DNA of 64,000 bases, taken from NCBI GenBank assembly GCA_963816345.1, contig CAWFKI010000004.1, forward strand, positions 151,967 through 215,966, given 5' to 3'. Both the position numbers and the translations under genes were made by a program. Positions 1-9,537 of the stretch are shown in pieces. Position 1 is the stretch's first letter; every line of letters starts with the position of its first letter. Origin of the DNA: an uncultured Bacteroidales bacterium (GTDB taxonomy: Bacteria; Bacteroidota; Bacteroidia; Bacteroidales; VadinHA17). Below the pieces are notes generated by a model. It was not told where the DNA came from, ran no database searches, and saw only the letters and a program-made list of their open reading frames with translations.

Positions 1-1216
1 ATACCTTATCGGATCGTCTGAGAATGTCGGGGGTTTTAATGGAGCAGAGCTCCCCCTTCAGGGCTTTCACAGTAACTTCAAGGTCTACACGTATCTCATC
101 CACATCATAATAAACGGCACCGGTTGTAGGTCCGGTTACAAGAATTGTTTCTCCTTTATTAAGGTCACCGTTTTCGAGCTTTATCTCGGCTACATTCATA
201 CGGGTAAAATAATTGGTGATCCTGCCGAGATACACCTTTCTTTTAGTCGCACTGGAGCCATAGCCTGTATTCCATTCCCCCATCTTCTGACCAAGGTAAT
301 AACCATCCCAGAATCCCCTGTTGAAGACCGTGGATAATCTCTCCCTCCAGGCATCAGTCATGGCTTTGTCGTAGGTCCCTTCCTCAATTGCAAGCAAGGC
401 TTCATTGTAACAGGAGGTCACTTCCCTGACATATTCTGCCGACCTGGCCCTGCCTTCAATTTTAAGAACTCTCACACCGGCATCAAGCAGCCTGTCGAGA
501 AACCCGATAGTGCACAGGTCTTTCGGAGACATAATATATTCATTGTCAATCTCAAGCTCATAGCCTGTTTCTGTATTCACGGCATACGATTTACGGCAGG
601 TCTGATAACATTCACCCCTGTTTGCGGATTTGTTGTTCTCATGCAGGCTTAAATAGCATTTGCCGGAAACGGCCATACATAGTGCGCCATGTGCAAACAT
701 CTCAATCCTGACGGGATCTCCCTTCGGCCCGGTAATGTTCTGCTCAATGATGCAGTTCCGGATATGCTTTACCTGATCGATATTTAATTCCCTGGCAAGA
801 ACCACTACATCAGCCCACCGGGAATAAAATTTCAATGATTCGATATTTGTGATGTTAAGCTGTGTTGACAGGTGGACCTCTATTCCACGGGAATAAGCAT
901 AATTTATTACAGACAGGTCGGAAGCAATAACAGCCGAAATGTTATTCTCCACTGCCGCATCAACAATCCGTTGCATCTGCTCAATTTCATGGTCATATAC
1001 TACAACATTTAGAGTGATGTAGCTCCTTATTCCTTTCTCAGCGCATATAATGGCTATCTGTCTCAGATCTTCAAGAGTGAAATTGCCTGATGAGGCTGCT
1101 CTCATGTTGAGCTGCCCGACTCCGAAGTATACCGAATCCGCACCACCCATGATGGCAGCCCTCAGAGATTCATACGATCCTGCAGGGGCCATTATCTCAA
1201 TATCTTTCCTGTTCAT
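1..1216 (-). CDS. Peptidase U32 family protein (Fe-S, TrhP/RlhA-like RNA hydroxylation family); 3' end runs off the window
   Basis: Not in the ORF track. Manual translation from ATG at 1216 gives MNRKDIEIMAPAGSYESLRAAIMGGADSVYFG..., the Cys motif HGALCMAVSGKCYLS...NRGECYQTCR and LKIEGRAR; the frame stays open to the window edge. Confidence 0.9.
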   Translation of the reverse strand, partial: MNRKDIEIMAPAGSYESLRAAIMGGADSVYFGVGQLNMRAASSGNFTLEDLRQIAIICAEKGIRSYITLNVVVYDHEIEQMQRIVDAAVENNISAVIASDLSVINYAYSRGIEVHLSTQLNITNIESLKFYSRWADVVVLARELNIDQVKHIRNCIIEQNITGPKGDPVRIEMFAHGALCMAVSGKCYLSLHENNKSANRGECYQTCRKSYAVNTETGYELEIDNEYIMSPKDLCTIGFLDRLLDAGVRVLKIEGRARSAEYVREVTSCYNEALLAIEEGTYDKAMTDAWRERLSTVFNRGFWDGYYLGQKMGEWNTGYGSSATKRKVYLGRITNYFTRMNVAEIKLENGDLNKGETILVTGPTTGAVYYDVDEIRVDLEVTVKALKGELCSIKTPDILRRSDKV

Positions 1217-1237
1217 AACAGGCTGCAAATATAACTA

Positions 1238-2395
1238 TTAGATTTTATCTTTATTCAAAATGATCCTGATGCACGACCCTTTGCCTACTTCGGAGTTTCT
1301 TACAAAGATCCTGCCCCTGTGGTATTCATCTATGATACGTTTGGCAAGTGAGAGGCCAAGCCCCCAGCCTCTCTGCTTGGTAGTAAAGCCCGGATTGAAG
1401 ATCTTTTTGAAAGATCTCTTTGGTATCCCTTTCCCTGTATCAGTTATATCAATCAGAGCATGCTTATCGCTATCGACCAGCCTGACAGTTATCTCCCCGC
1501 TTCCTTCCATGGAGTCAATTGCATTTTTAAAAACGTTCTCGATCACCCATTCAAAAAGTGCTGAATTGACAGGAACATTTACCTCTCCCCCTGTTTTATA
1601 ATCTGTTATGAACCTGACCTTTGATGATGTTCTTGATTTAAGGTAACCTATTGTCCGGGTAATGATAGGTATTATATTCTCATTCGTCAGCGAGGGTTTT
1701 GATCCTATGCGTGAAAACCGTTCAGTAACCTTTTCCAGCCTTTCCACATCAAGGGCAAGTTCCCTTGTAATTGAAATTTCAGGATACCTTTGCTGGAGGA
1801 TCTCTATCCAGCCTGCAAGCGAGGATGTTGGCGTTCCAAGCTGATGTGCAGTCTCTTTCGACATTCCGACCCATACCTGGTTCTGCTCTGCTTTTTGTGA
1901 GGAGCTGAAGGCAAGATATGAAACCAGAATAAAGAGAACAATTATTCCCAGCTGGATATAAGGATAATAGATCAGCATTGTGAGTATTGTACTGTCCTCG
2001 TAATAGATCAGATTAAAGTGACCGTTTTCAAGCTTTATCACGATAGGATTGTTGCTCTCCTTGATCCTTTTGAGACTGTACTTCAGGTATGAGGGATCAT
2101 TCATCTTCTCAGAGTTGAAATTTCTGGCTGAGATAATACTGTCTGATTCATCGGTCAGGATGACTGGCACCGTATTATTATTATCAATGACAGTAGAGAG
2201 AAATTCAACATTCTGAGTAGTATCAGACATGGCAAGAAGGGATGTGGCCTCAGCCCACATCTGTACATTTTCCCGCTCTTCGGTCTTAAGCCGGCTGACC
2301 AGATTCTGGGTATAAATCAGCGATCCCATGCCTGTGCATATGGCAAAAAGGAATAAAAGCAGCTTCCCTATAGTTTTATGATTGTAAATGATCAA
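1238..2395 (-). CDS. Membrane sensor histidine kinase (HisKA/HATPase_c)
   Basis: Two TM segments; H-box ETAHQLGTP, N-box ENVFKNAIDS, DTGKG, GFTTK..GWGLGL. Confidence 0.9.
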   Translation of the reverse strand: MIIYNHKTIGKLLLFLFAICTGMGSLIYTQNLVSRLKTEERENVQMWAEATSLLAMSDTTQNVEFLSTVIDNNNTVPVILTDESDSIISARNFNSEKMNDPSYLKYSLKRIKESNNPIVIKLENGHFNLIYYEDSTILTMLIYYPYIQLGIIVLFILVSYLAFSSSQKAEQNQVWVGMSKETAHQLGTPTSSLAGWIEILQQRYPEISITRELALDVERLEKVTERFSRIGSKPSLTNENIIPIITRTIGYLKSRTSSKVRFITDYKTGGEVNVPVNSALFEWVIENVFKNAIDSMEGSGEITVRLVDSDKHALIDITDTGKGIPKRSFKKIFNPGFTTKQRGWGLGLSLAKRIIDEYHRGRIFVRNSEVGKGSCIRIILNKDKI

Positions 2396-2456
2396 GTTCT
2401 CCTGTTATTAATATATTGCTTTTCATAAATTTGCGGGCAGCTCCGGTGTTCTGATA

Positions 2457-5072
2457 TTATTTCTTCCTTACTGCGCCGGACCCCGTGTCTGACTTACCTG
2501 CTTCAGTGGATGTGCTTGTCCCGGGTGCGCCATCATTCTCTTCCCACGTCACCCTGAATTTCGGCTTTTTTGCGGCTGGTTTCTCAACGACTGAAGTATC
2601 ATTTTTATACCACCCGTATTCCTTGTTAAGTAATGTCTTTAGCGTCTTTTTTTCTTTTTTAATATCATCTTTTATCTCACTGGCTGCTGCTTTGATGTCG
2701 TAACTTACTTTTACCTCTTCACCCTTATTCTTGATTTTCAGCAGCATGGAGGTCCGTCCAAGCCCGTCATCCTCTACTGCACCAAATTCGGTGACACTTT
2801 TTTTATTCTTCTTCCTTTTCTTGCTGAGTATCTCCGACAAAAGCACTTTGACATGATATTCATAGTCATTATCCAGACTGTGCTTACCATTTACAGAGAG
2901 ATCTACCGCAGATGAATTTACTTCCATCTGGGGAATATAGAGATAATTGTTTCTGATGAAAAAGTCATTCTGCATCTGGGCGAAGCTTATGTTCTCCAGC
3001 TCAGAGAGTTCAATGAAAGATGAGAGTTTTTTTACCGGTTCAAAATTTATCAGGCCTCCGTTGATGAGTGTATATTTACCTTCTGCGGTAAGGGAGGTTA
3101 TCTTTGGATGGAGGAGAGAGTCAAGCGGGAGAAGCACTGAGAATGATCCTGAAAGAGAACCTGCAATATTTTCGGCTTTCAGGAAATTCTGTCCGAAATT
3201 GCGGAATGAAGTGAAGGCTTTGTTCACATCAATACGGGTTACATTAAAAATTCCCTTTGAGAGGACAGATTTATCGCTGTTCTGAAGAATGAACCCATTA
3301 CCTGATATGCTCCCCTTCATAGATTTCATATTCAGAGATTTAAAAGTTAATAGTTTAGGTTTGTAATTGAGTGCACCTGAAATTTTTGATGAAGAAAATG
3401 TTTTATATGTAAGACTGTCAATTTTAAAATTAAGGTCAATGATCATGTTCCCGGGCAGGCTGAATGCCTTTCTTTTCGCAGGTGCCGGTTTAGCAGGAGA
3501 GGAATCCATGCTAAATGCTTCAGGGATAAACCTGCTGAAAGCGATATCAGCGATTGCGACCATCGTCACGGGTCTTCCATCCATCCACTGGAGAAGGTTC
3601 CTGAATTCACCATCCACGGTAATTCTCTGATCCCGGTAGGTCAGCTTCAGGTTTTTAGCCACGGATATGCCGGAGACCGACAGGTTCCCATTTACATCTT
3701 CAAACAGGTATTTTTCATTATTAAAACCTATCCGGAAGGAGTTAAAAACCATGTTTGCCTCTCCATTCATATCGGCCAGGGCAGGGAGCACATTCTTCCT
3801 GTTGAAATCAAGAGCACCTCCTGCTTTAATATCAATATCAACATATCCTCCGACAGAGGAGATTTCCTGAATTCCGAAAAACTCCCTGAGCTCTCCGGGA
3901 ACAGCCCTGCCCCTGATTGTAATCTCAGCGAAAGGGTTATTAAGGCGCGATATTGTAAGAGATCCCTGGTATTCCGATGATCCCAGTCTGGCTTTGATAT
4001 CCTTTAACGTAAAAGAGGCCGTTTCGGGACGGTTTTTCGATCCGTTGGAATAATTTCCGGCAAGCGACAGGTTATTGATAGTCAGATGACTATTGCCATA
4101 AGTTATACGGCCGTTGCTGAGGCGCCAGTTAATTTCAATATGAGGGTTGACAGTTCGTGTCAGAAGCCCCCTGATCCTGCTTTCACCCGTCAGAACCCCC
4201 GACGGGTTATATTCCGTTATCATCTTAAGGTATTTCTCCGGCAGCCAGTTCCTGATTTTTGAGACATCAATATTATTACCTGTTATATTCAGATCTAACA
4301 TATTATCAACGGAGACAAATCCATCAAGGCCGAATTCCCAGTTTTCCATCCGGAAAATTCCCTTTTTAAATGTTATCCCTTTTGCGGTTTTTTGCAGACT
4401 GAGATCAATCGCTCCGATTATTGGCCTGGTGATGCTGATACCGTGCAGCTGAAGGCTGTCTATCTTCAGTTCACCATCGGCGATAAAACCTATATTCTTA
4501 CCCTGTATCCTGCTTTTTAATGTACCCTTTTGGATAACGCCATTTATTATGAGTTTGGCAGCCAGGTTATTATAATATGACTTAATGTCGGTGAGGTAGA
4601 TTTTTTCAAGATCAATTGTAAGGGCGTCCTTCCCTGGATTTGAACTTTTTACAGTAATATCATAGTTCACATTTCCGTCGAAGTCAGTAAAAAAATTCAC
4701 CTTGCCTGCTCTTGCACGGATTCTCTCAATTGTATAACTGTTGCTAAGTATGTCAGTCAGCCTGAACTCTATTGACACATTGCGCGCAGTGAGCAGAGTA
4801 TCAGTATTGATGCCGCCAAAGGCTGCCTGTTTAAAACCGGATGAGGAATGAACAAGTACATCTTTCAGTTCCAGTGATGCTTTCGGGAATTTCTTTAAGA
4901 ATGAGAGTCTGACTGAACCCACCTTCAGTTTTGTCGAGATATTCTGATTCAGTGATCTTAGTATAATATCAGCGACCTTATCCTGCATCAGTACTGAAGC
5001 TGAAAAAAGAATGACTAAAATGGCGAGAACCAGTATCGCAGAAATCTTCAGTATTTTAAATGTGATCTTCAT
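2457..5072 (-). CDS. AsmA-like family lipid-bridge envelope protein
   Basis: N-terminal TM anchor, long beta-rich body, C-terminal AsmA_2-like segment (LSVNGKHSLDNDYEYHVKV). Confidence 0.75.
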   Translation of the reverse strand: MKITFKILKISAILVLAILVILFSASVLMQDKVADIILRSLNQNISTKLKVGSVRLSFLKKFPKASLELKDVLVHSSSGFKQAAFGGINTDTLLTARNVSIEFRLTDILSNSYTIERIRARAGKVNFFTDFDGNVNYDITVKSSNPGKDALTIDLEKIYLTDIKSYYNNLAAKLIINGVIQKGTLKSRIQGKNIGFIADGELKIDSLQLHGISITRPIIGAIDLSLQKTAKGITFKKGIFRMENWEFGLDGFVSVDNMLDLNITGNNIDVSKIRNWLPEKYLKMITEYNPSGVLTGESRIRGLLTRTVNPHIEINWRLSNGRITYGNSHLTINNLSLAGNYSNGSKNRPETASFTLKDIKARLGSSEYQGSLTISRLNNPFAEITIRGRAVPGELREFFGIQEISSVGGYVDIDIKAGGALDFNRKNVLPALADMNGEANMVFNSFRIGFNNEKYLFEDVNGNLSVSGISVAKNLKLTYRDQRITVDGEFRNLLQWMDGRPVTMVAIADIAFSRFIPEAFSMDSSPAKPAPAKRKAFSLPGNMIIDLNFKIDSLTYKTFSSSKISGALNYKPKLLTFKSLNMKSMKGSISGNGFILQNSDKSVLSKGIFNVTRIDVNKAFTSFRNFGQNFLKAENIAGSLSGSFSVLLPLDSLLHPKITSLTAEGKYTLINGGLINFEPVKKLSSFIELSELENISFAQMQNDFFIRNNYLYIPQMEVNSSAVDLSVNGKHSLDNDYEYHVKVLLSEILSKKRKKNKKSVTEFGAVEDDGLGRTSMLLKIKNKGEEVKVSYDIKAAASEIKDDIKKEKKTLKTLLNKEYGWYKNDTSVVEKPAAKKPKFRVTWEENDGAPGTSTSTEAGKSDTGSGAVRKK

Positions 5073-5136
5073 ATTTTAAGAAAGTGAACCAGCTGATTGA
5101 CCATCGTTTCAAAGGTAATTCATTTGAATAAAAAAA

Positions 5137-5847
5137 TCATTGCCCCAGAAGGAAGGAGAGATCATCTGCAGTGCCAAATTCAGCAGGGATGGATCCCTTT
5201 TTGAAAATTCTGATCTTCCCTGTGCCGTGAAGTCTGATCCGCTGCTCCTCGCGAAGAAGCATTGAACCTTCGCGCAGGCCGGCAACAAAAATTCCCGGAT
5301 TGACCTCAATAAATTCCTCAATTCTCTGCTCCCGCGTCTCCCCGCCATGACCCGGAGGATTTAAATCATGATAATGAGGATTAATCTGGAATGGGATCAG
5401 ATTGAAAGAGCTGAAGGAACCGGGTTCAACAACAGGCATATCATTGGTTGTCATAATTGTTGGACAGGCTACATTTGCTCCTGCGCTCCAGCCTACATAG
5501 GGAGTTCCTTCCATAACCTTCCTGCGTACAGGATCAATAAGTTTATTGTCCCTCAGCATTTTAAGCAGTTTCCAGGAATTTCCTCCCCCCACAACTATAG
5601 CGTCAGCTTTATTTACGGCAGCCACAGGATCACTGAAGTGATGAATTGAAATTATATCATGGCCAATATCCTGAAACCTGAGAGAGACCTTTTTTTCATA
5701 ATCATCAAATGAAAAAGTAACAGCAGCATATGGTATAAACAACGCCCTGATTGTGTCATTCCCAAGGAAAGCTTTTATCTGCCGTTTAGGATAGTCCAGA
5801 TATTCTTCCCCGGCATTAGTTGAGTTGCTTATAAGTAGTAATCTCAT
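5137..5847 (-). CDS. pepE: Dipeptidase E (peptidase S51)
   Basis: MRLLLISNST, VGGGN, nucleophile motif GWSAGA, QINPHY, GETREQRIEEF. Confidence 0.93.
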   Translation of the reverse strand: MRLLLISNSTNAGEEYLDYPKRQIKAFLGNDTIRALFIPYAAVTFSFDDYEKKVSLRFQDIGHDIISIHHFSDPVAAVNKADAIVVGGGNSWKLLKMLRDNKLIDPVRRKVMEGTPYVGWSAGANVACPTIMTTNDMPVVEPGSFSSFNLIPFQINPHYHDLNPPGHGGETREQRIEEFIEVNPGIFVAGLREGSMLLREEQRIRLHGTGKIRIFKKGSIPAEFGTADDLSFLLGQ

Positions 5848-5864
5848 ATATAAAAAATAATACT

Positions 5865-6650
5865 TTACAAGGATGGGATTGTGTCTTTCAGATTCCTGAT
5901 GTCATGATTCCCCGGAATTGCTTTAACAGTAAAAGTGCTGAAAGTATAGTTCAATATGTTAAAGAATAAAACCTTTCCGCTCAGAATCTCACCTGTCCCG
6001 GTTATAATTTTGATCACCTCATTGGCCATAATGGTTCCCGTTATCCCGGGCAGAACCCCGAACAAACCCACATCGGCAGGAAGCGGATTCCTGAAAGCTT
6101 CATCCACCCGGGCAGGATTATAACATCGGTATGTAGGCCCCCCATTATAATTAAAGACTGAGATCATCCCCTCATATTTATATATGGAACCATGAACCAT
6201 CGGTTTGTTCAGTATAACGCACGAATCGCTGATAACATATCTGGCATCGAAATTATCTGTGGCATCAACGATTATATCATAGTTTTTCAGAATTTTCAAC
6301 GAATTTGAGACATCGATCCTGAGATTGAATAATTCAAATTCAATAAGCGAATTCAGGTTTTCCAGCCTGTTTTTAGCAATAATTGATTTCAGCTTTCCCG
6401 TATCATCTGATCCATAGAGTACCTGTCTCTGCAGATTAGATTCCTCAACCATATCATATTCGGCAATACCAATAGTTCCCACGCCGGACGCTGCCAGGTA
6501 TTGAAGTGCAGGGCATCCCAGGCCGCCCGCACCGATAACAAGGACCCTGGCCTTTTTCAATTTTTCCTGTCCGGCAATTCCGATCTCACTGATCATAATT
6601 TGTTTTCTGTACCGGCGTATCTCGCGCTGCGAGAGAAATTGGGATTCCAT
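5865..6650 (-). CDS. HesA/MoeB/ThiF family adenylyltransferase (no rhodanese domain)
   Basis: RYRKQ, VIGAGGLG, SNLQRQ, DATDNF. Confidence 0.88.
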   Translation of the reverse strand: MESQFLSQREIRRYRKQIMISEIGIAGQEKLKKARVLVIGAGGLGCPALQYLAASGVGTIGIAEYDMVEESNLQRQVLYGSDDTGKLKSIIAKNRLENLNSLIEFELFNLRIDVSNSLKILKNYDIIVDATDNFDARYVISDSCVILNKPMVHGSIYKYEGMISVFNYNGGPTYRCYNPARVDEAFRNPLPADVGLFGVLPGITGTIMANEVIKIITGTGEILSGKVLFFNILNYTFSTFTVKAIPGNHDIRNLKDTIPSL

Positions 6651-6694
6651 CTGGATAAATATTTCATGACTACAAATATACGTCTACAGCATGT

Positions 6695-6738
6695 AAGAAA
6701 AAAGAGGCTGGCACAGATGTGAGTTCTGTACCAACCTC
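6695..6738 (-). terminator. Rho-independent terminator after the GH16-like gene
   Basis: On the minus strand GAGGTTGGTACAGA-actcaca-TCTGTGCCAGCCTC (14-bp stem with G-U pairs) is followed by a T run. Confidence 0.75.
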
Positions 6739-6765
6739 AATGTTATCCGGTTGCAATGCTCTGAT

Positions 6766-8379
6766 TTATTTAAACTCGTACACTCTAACCCAATCGATTT
6801 CCATCGATGTCATCCCGTTTATAGGTTTATCCAGACCGCCGCCAAGAAGAACATACATTGGTTCCTGAGGGACATTTGAAGTCTGGACAAAGACCTCTGT
6901 ATTGTTGATCTTCCAGATAAGCCTGTCCGGCGTCCATTCCAGGGTATAAATATAAAAGTCATCTGTATATCTTTTACCGAGATGGGTTTTGGGATTATTT
7001 GATTCAGCCGGAAAATAGTCAAACCAAATCCTGCCCTTTGATGTACGGCAGATGTCGATATGGGGTGTGATCCTGTCAGCAAGCATCCAGAAAGCACTTT
7101 TAGCTTCAGGATTTCCCAGCTTTATCTTGGCAGTGAAAATTCCAAATTTCTGTCTGAAACTGTCGCCTGAATTGATAAGGCCAGAAGTATAGCCGAACTC
7201 CTTTGGAGTGAAACCCTTAGCTGGCGACCATGTCTTGCCGTTTACTCTCTGTGGTTTCGTATTTATCTTCAGGACGCTGTTACGGAGTTCAAAATTTTCT
7301 TTTTCCGTATAGGAATGCAGATCAGGTTCAACTGTGTACCTGTCTTTCAGCAGCTTTTCGCCCCAGTAATAATTGGTAAGCCATTTGCCGGTATCAAGCC
7401 TGTCTCCTTCAAACTCATCACTGAACGTCATCAGCCGCTGCTTTAAAATATCGAATTTGGAGGAATCCTTAACCTTATGGTACCAGATTATATCACGGTC
7501 CTTCTTAAGCCTGTCATATTCCTGGATATTTTTAAACATTTCGGTTTTTTCGAACCTTTTCTTGTCCAGCAGGTAATTTTTTCTTACCCTGAACTCCTCA
7601 GAAGCCACGTACTCTTTGAGCTCATTAAACCTCGACAGGCGATGCGATTCATGAGTGTTCAGATAATTGGCATATTCACCCGACTCACCGAACTTATAAA
7701 ATTGCTTAATTTCCGGACTTCCCTTTATCCTCTTGTATTCAAGGAGCTTCCTGTATTCTTCGGAATCCTTGAAGGTTACAGGCTTCATGTTCTTTTTTGA
7801 AAGAAAGGCCGGGGATTTGACGAAATTCTCAAGCTCCTCGTATCTGAGTATTGTCTTTGTTTTTGTTATTTCGCCTTTCTTTTTTGATTTGTTGTAGGCC
7901 TTTATCTCCGGGTCCGACCTCAGAGCCTTAAATTCAAGTAACCTCTGATATTCATCGGTATCCTTAAAAGTGAAAGGTCTCATCTTTTGTTTTTCACGGA
8001 ATTCGGGAGATTTTATAAACTTTTCCAGTTTTTCAAATTCATTGATCCTGTCGGAGCCTTCAAGATCTTTATACCTCTTCAGCTCATGCCCTCCTATAGT
8101 CTTGAAATAAAGAGTAATATCTTTTGATTTCTTAAGTGATAAGAACTCTTTTTCCCTGTCATATTCCTCGGAGTCTTTATACCTGAGCGATTCAATTTCC
8201 TTTCGTTTCTGAATAAAATCGGAGGAATTAACCAATCCGTTCAACTCATTGTATTTTGCCAGCTGATCAGATCCCGCAAAAACACGGAGTTTCTCAAATT
8301 CATTTGCCAGGGCCTTTTCAGCTTGCTCAATTTTAGAAGTGGAAGGGATCATTCCCAGTAAAAGCTTGAGACTTGCCAT
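6766..8379 (-). CDS. Helical-repeat protein with a C-terminal GH16-like domain (catalytic glutamates absent)
   Basis: C-terminal FSDEFEG, YTSGLI, AFWML, YTLEWTPDRLIW and MEIDWVRVY are GH16 fold motifs; ExDxxE is replaced by HIDICR; four repeats of about 65-70 aa at the N-terminus. Confidence 0.8.
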   Translation of the reverse strand: MASLKLLLGMIPSTSKIEQAEKALANEFEKLRVFAGSDQLAKYNELNGLVNSSDFIQKRKEIESLRYKDSEEYDREKEFLSLKKSKDITLYFKTIGGHELKRYKDLEGSDRINEFEKLEKFIKSPEFREKQKMRPFTFKDTDEYQRLLEFKALRSDPEIKAYNKSKKKGEITKTKTILRYEELENFVKSPAFLSKKNMKPVTFKDSEEYRKLLEYKRIKGSPEIKQFYKFGESGEYANYLNTHESHRLSRFNELKEYVASEEFRVRKNYLLDKKRFEKTEMFKNIQEYDRLKKDRDIIWYHKVKDSSKFDILKQRLMTFSDEFEGDRLDTGKWLTNYYWGEKLLKDRYTVEPDLHSYTEKENFELRNSVLKINTKPQRVNGKTWSPAKGFTPKEFGYTSGLINSGDSFRQKFGIFTAKIKLGNPEAKSAFWMLADRITPHIDICRTSKGRIWFDYFPAESNNPKTHLGKRYTDDFYIYTLEWTPDRLIWKINNTEVFVQTSNVPQEPMYVLLGGGLDKPINGMTSMEIDWVRVYEFK

Positions 8380-8708
8380 TGTAAAATTGGTTTTTGTACA
8401 ACTGATAAAGATAAAAATCTTTCGAGAATATTTAGTTACTATGCTTCAAATATTTGTTTTCCACAGCCGGGAGCAGAGGTATATACCTGTTCAACGTGAA
8501 AAACAACTGATTATTTTGAAATTCAGGTAACAACTTTTAAATTTGACTAAACGTTCAATCAAAGACACCTGCGTAAACTTTTTTTTATGCAGGATGTTTA
8601 TTTTTAAAGCCCTGTTTCGCCAGGGTCACAAAAGCAATTTAAGGAGATCGTTTCAATGAATCGTTCAGCCCGCTATTTTCAGATCAGCCCCATTTAAGAA
8701 GATGATAA

Positions 8709-9497
8709 TTGAAAAATTTATTTAGATCAGCTATGAAAAAAGTATGTTTTACAAGTCTGATATTATTTTTATTATCAGTCTCTTATGCAGCTGCTTACTC
8801 CCAGTCTCTTTCAGCAACCGAAATTGTGAGGAGAGCAGAGGAAAAATTCAACGGAGAGAAATCTTCCATTTGCACAATGAAGATGACAATAGTAAGGCCT
8901 GCCTGGCAGCGTACGGTCGAATTCAAAAGCTGGACAAAGGGACGGGATTACTCACTTACCCTTATCACTGCACCGGCCAGGGACAAGGATCAGACTTTTC
9001 TGAAAAGAGGCCAGGAGCTGTGGACATGGAATCCTGCAATCAGCAGGCTGATAAAACTGCCTCCGTCAATGATGTCGCAGGGGTGGATGGGATCGGATTT
9101 TACAAATGACGACATTCTTAAGGAATCTTCTGCTGTGAATGATTACACTCATGAAATTACAGGTGAAGAGATGATTGGAGACAGGTTATGCTACAGGATA
9201 AAGATGATTGCGAAGAAAAATGCAGAGGTTATATGGGGTTCACAGATAAAGTGGATTGACAAAAAAGATCTGCTGGAACTTAAGACAGAACTGTTTGATG
9301 AAGACGGATCACTGGTAAGAACCGAGCTGGGCCTGGAAATCAAGATGATGGATGACCGTTTAATACCTACAGTTCTGGAACTTATCCCCGCTGAAGAAAA
9401 GGGGAACAAAACAATAGTCACTATAACTGAGATAAAGTTTAATGTACCTCTCGATGACAGCTTCTTCTCACAGCAGAATATGAAAAGAATCAGGTGA
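8709..9497 (+). CDS. LolA-like outer-membrane lipoprotein-sorting protein (start probably ATG 8733)
   Basis: Signal peptide; APARDKDQTFLK, WMGSDFTNDD, FFSQQNMKR typical of the LolA-like family. Confidence 0.85.
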   Translation: MKNLFRSAMKKVCFTSLILFLLSVSYAAAYSQSLSATEIVRRAEEKFNGEKSSICTMKMTIVRPAWQRTVEFKSWTKGRDYSLTLITAPARDKDQTFLKRGQELWTWNPAISRLIKLPPSMMSQGWMGSDFTNDDILKESSAVNDYTHEITGEEMIGDRLCYRIKMIAKKNAEVIWGSQIKWIDKKDLLELKTELFDEDGSLVRTELGLEIKMMDDRLIPTVLELIPAEEKGNKTIVTITEIKFNVPLDDSFFSQQNMKRIR

Positions 9498-9537
9498 GGT
9501 TACCGGGAATAATTATAAAGATGGTAATTTATATGTC

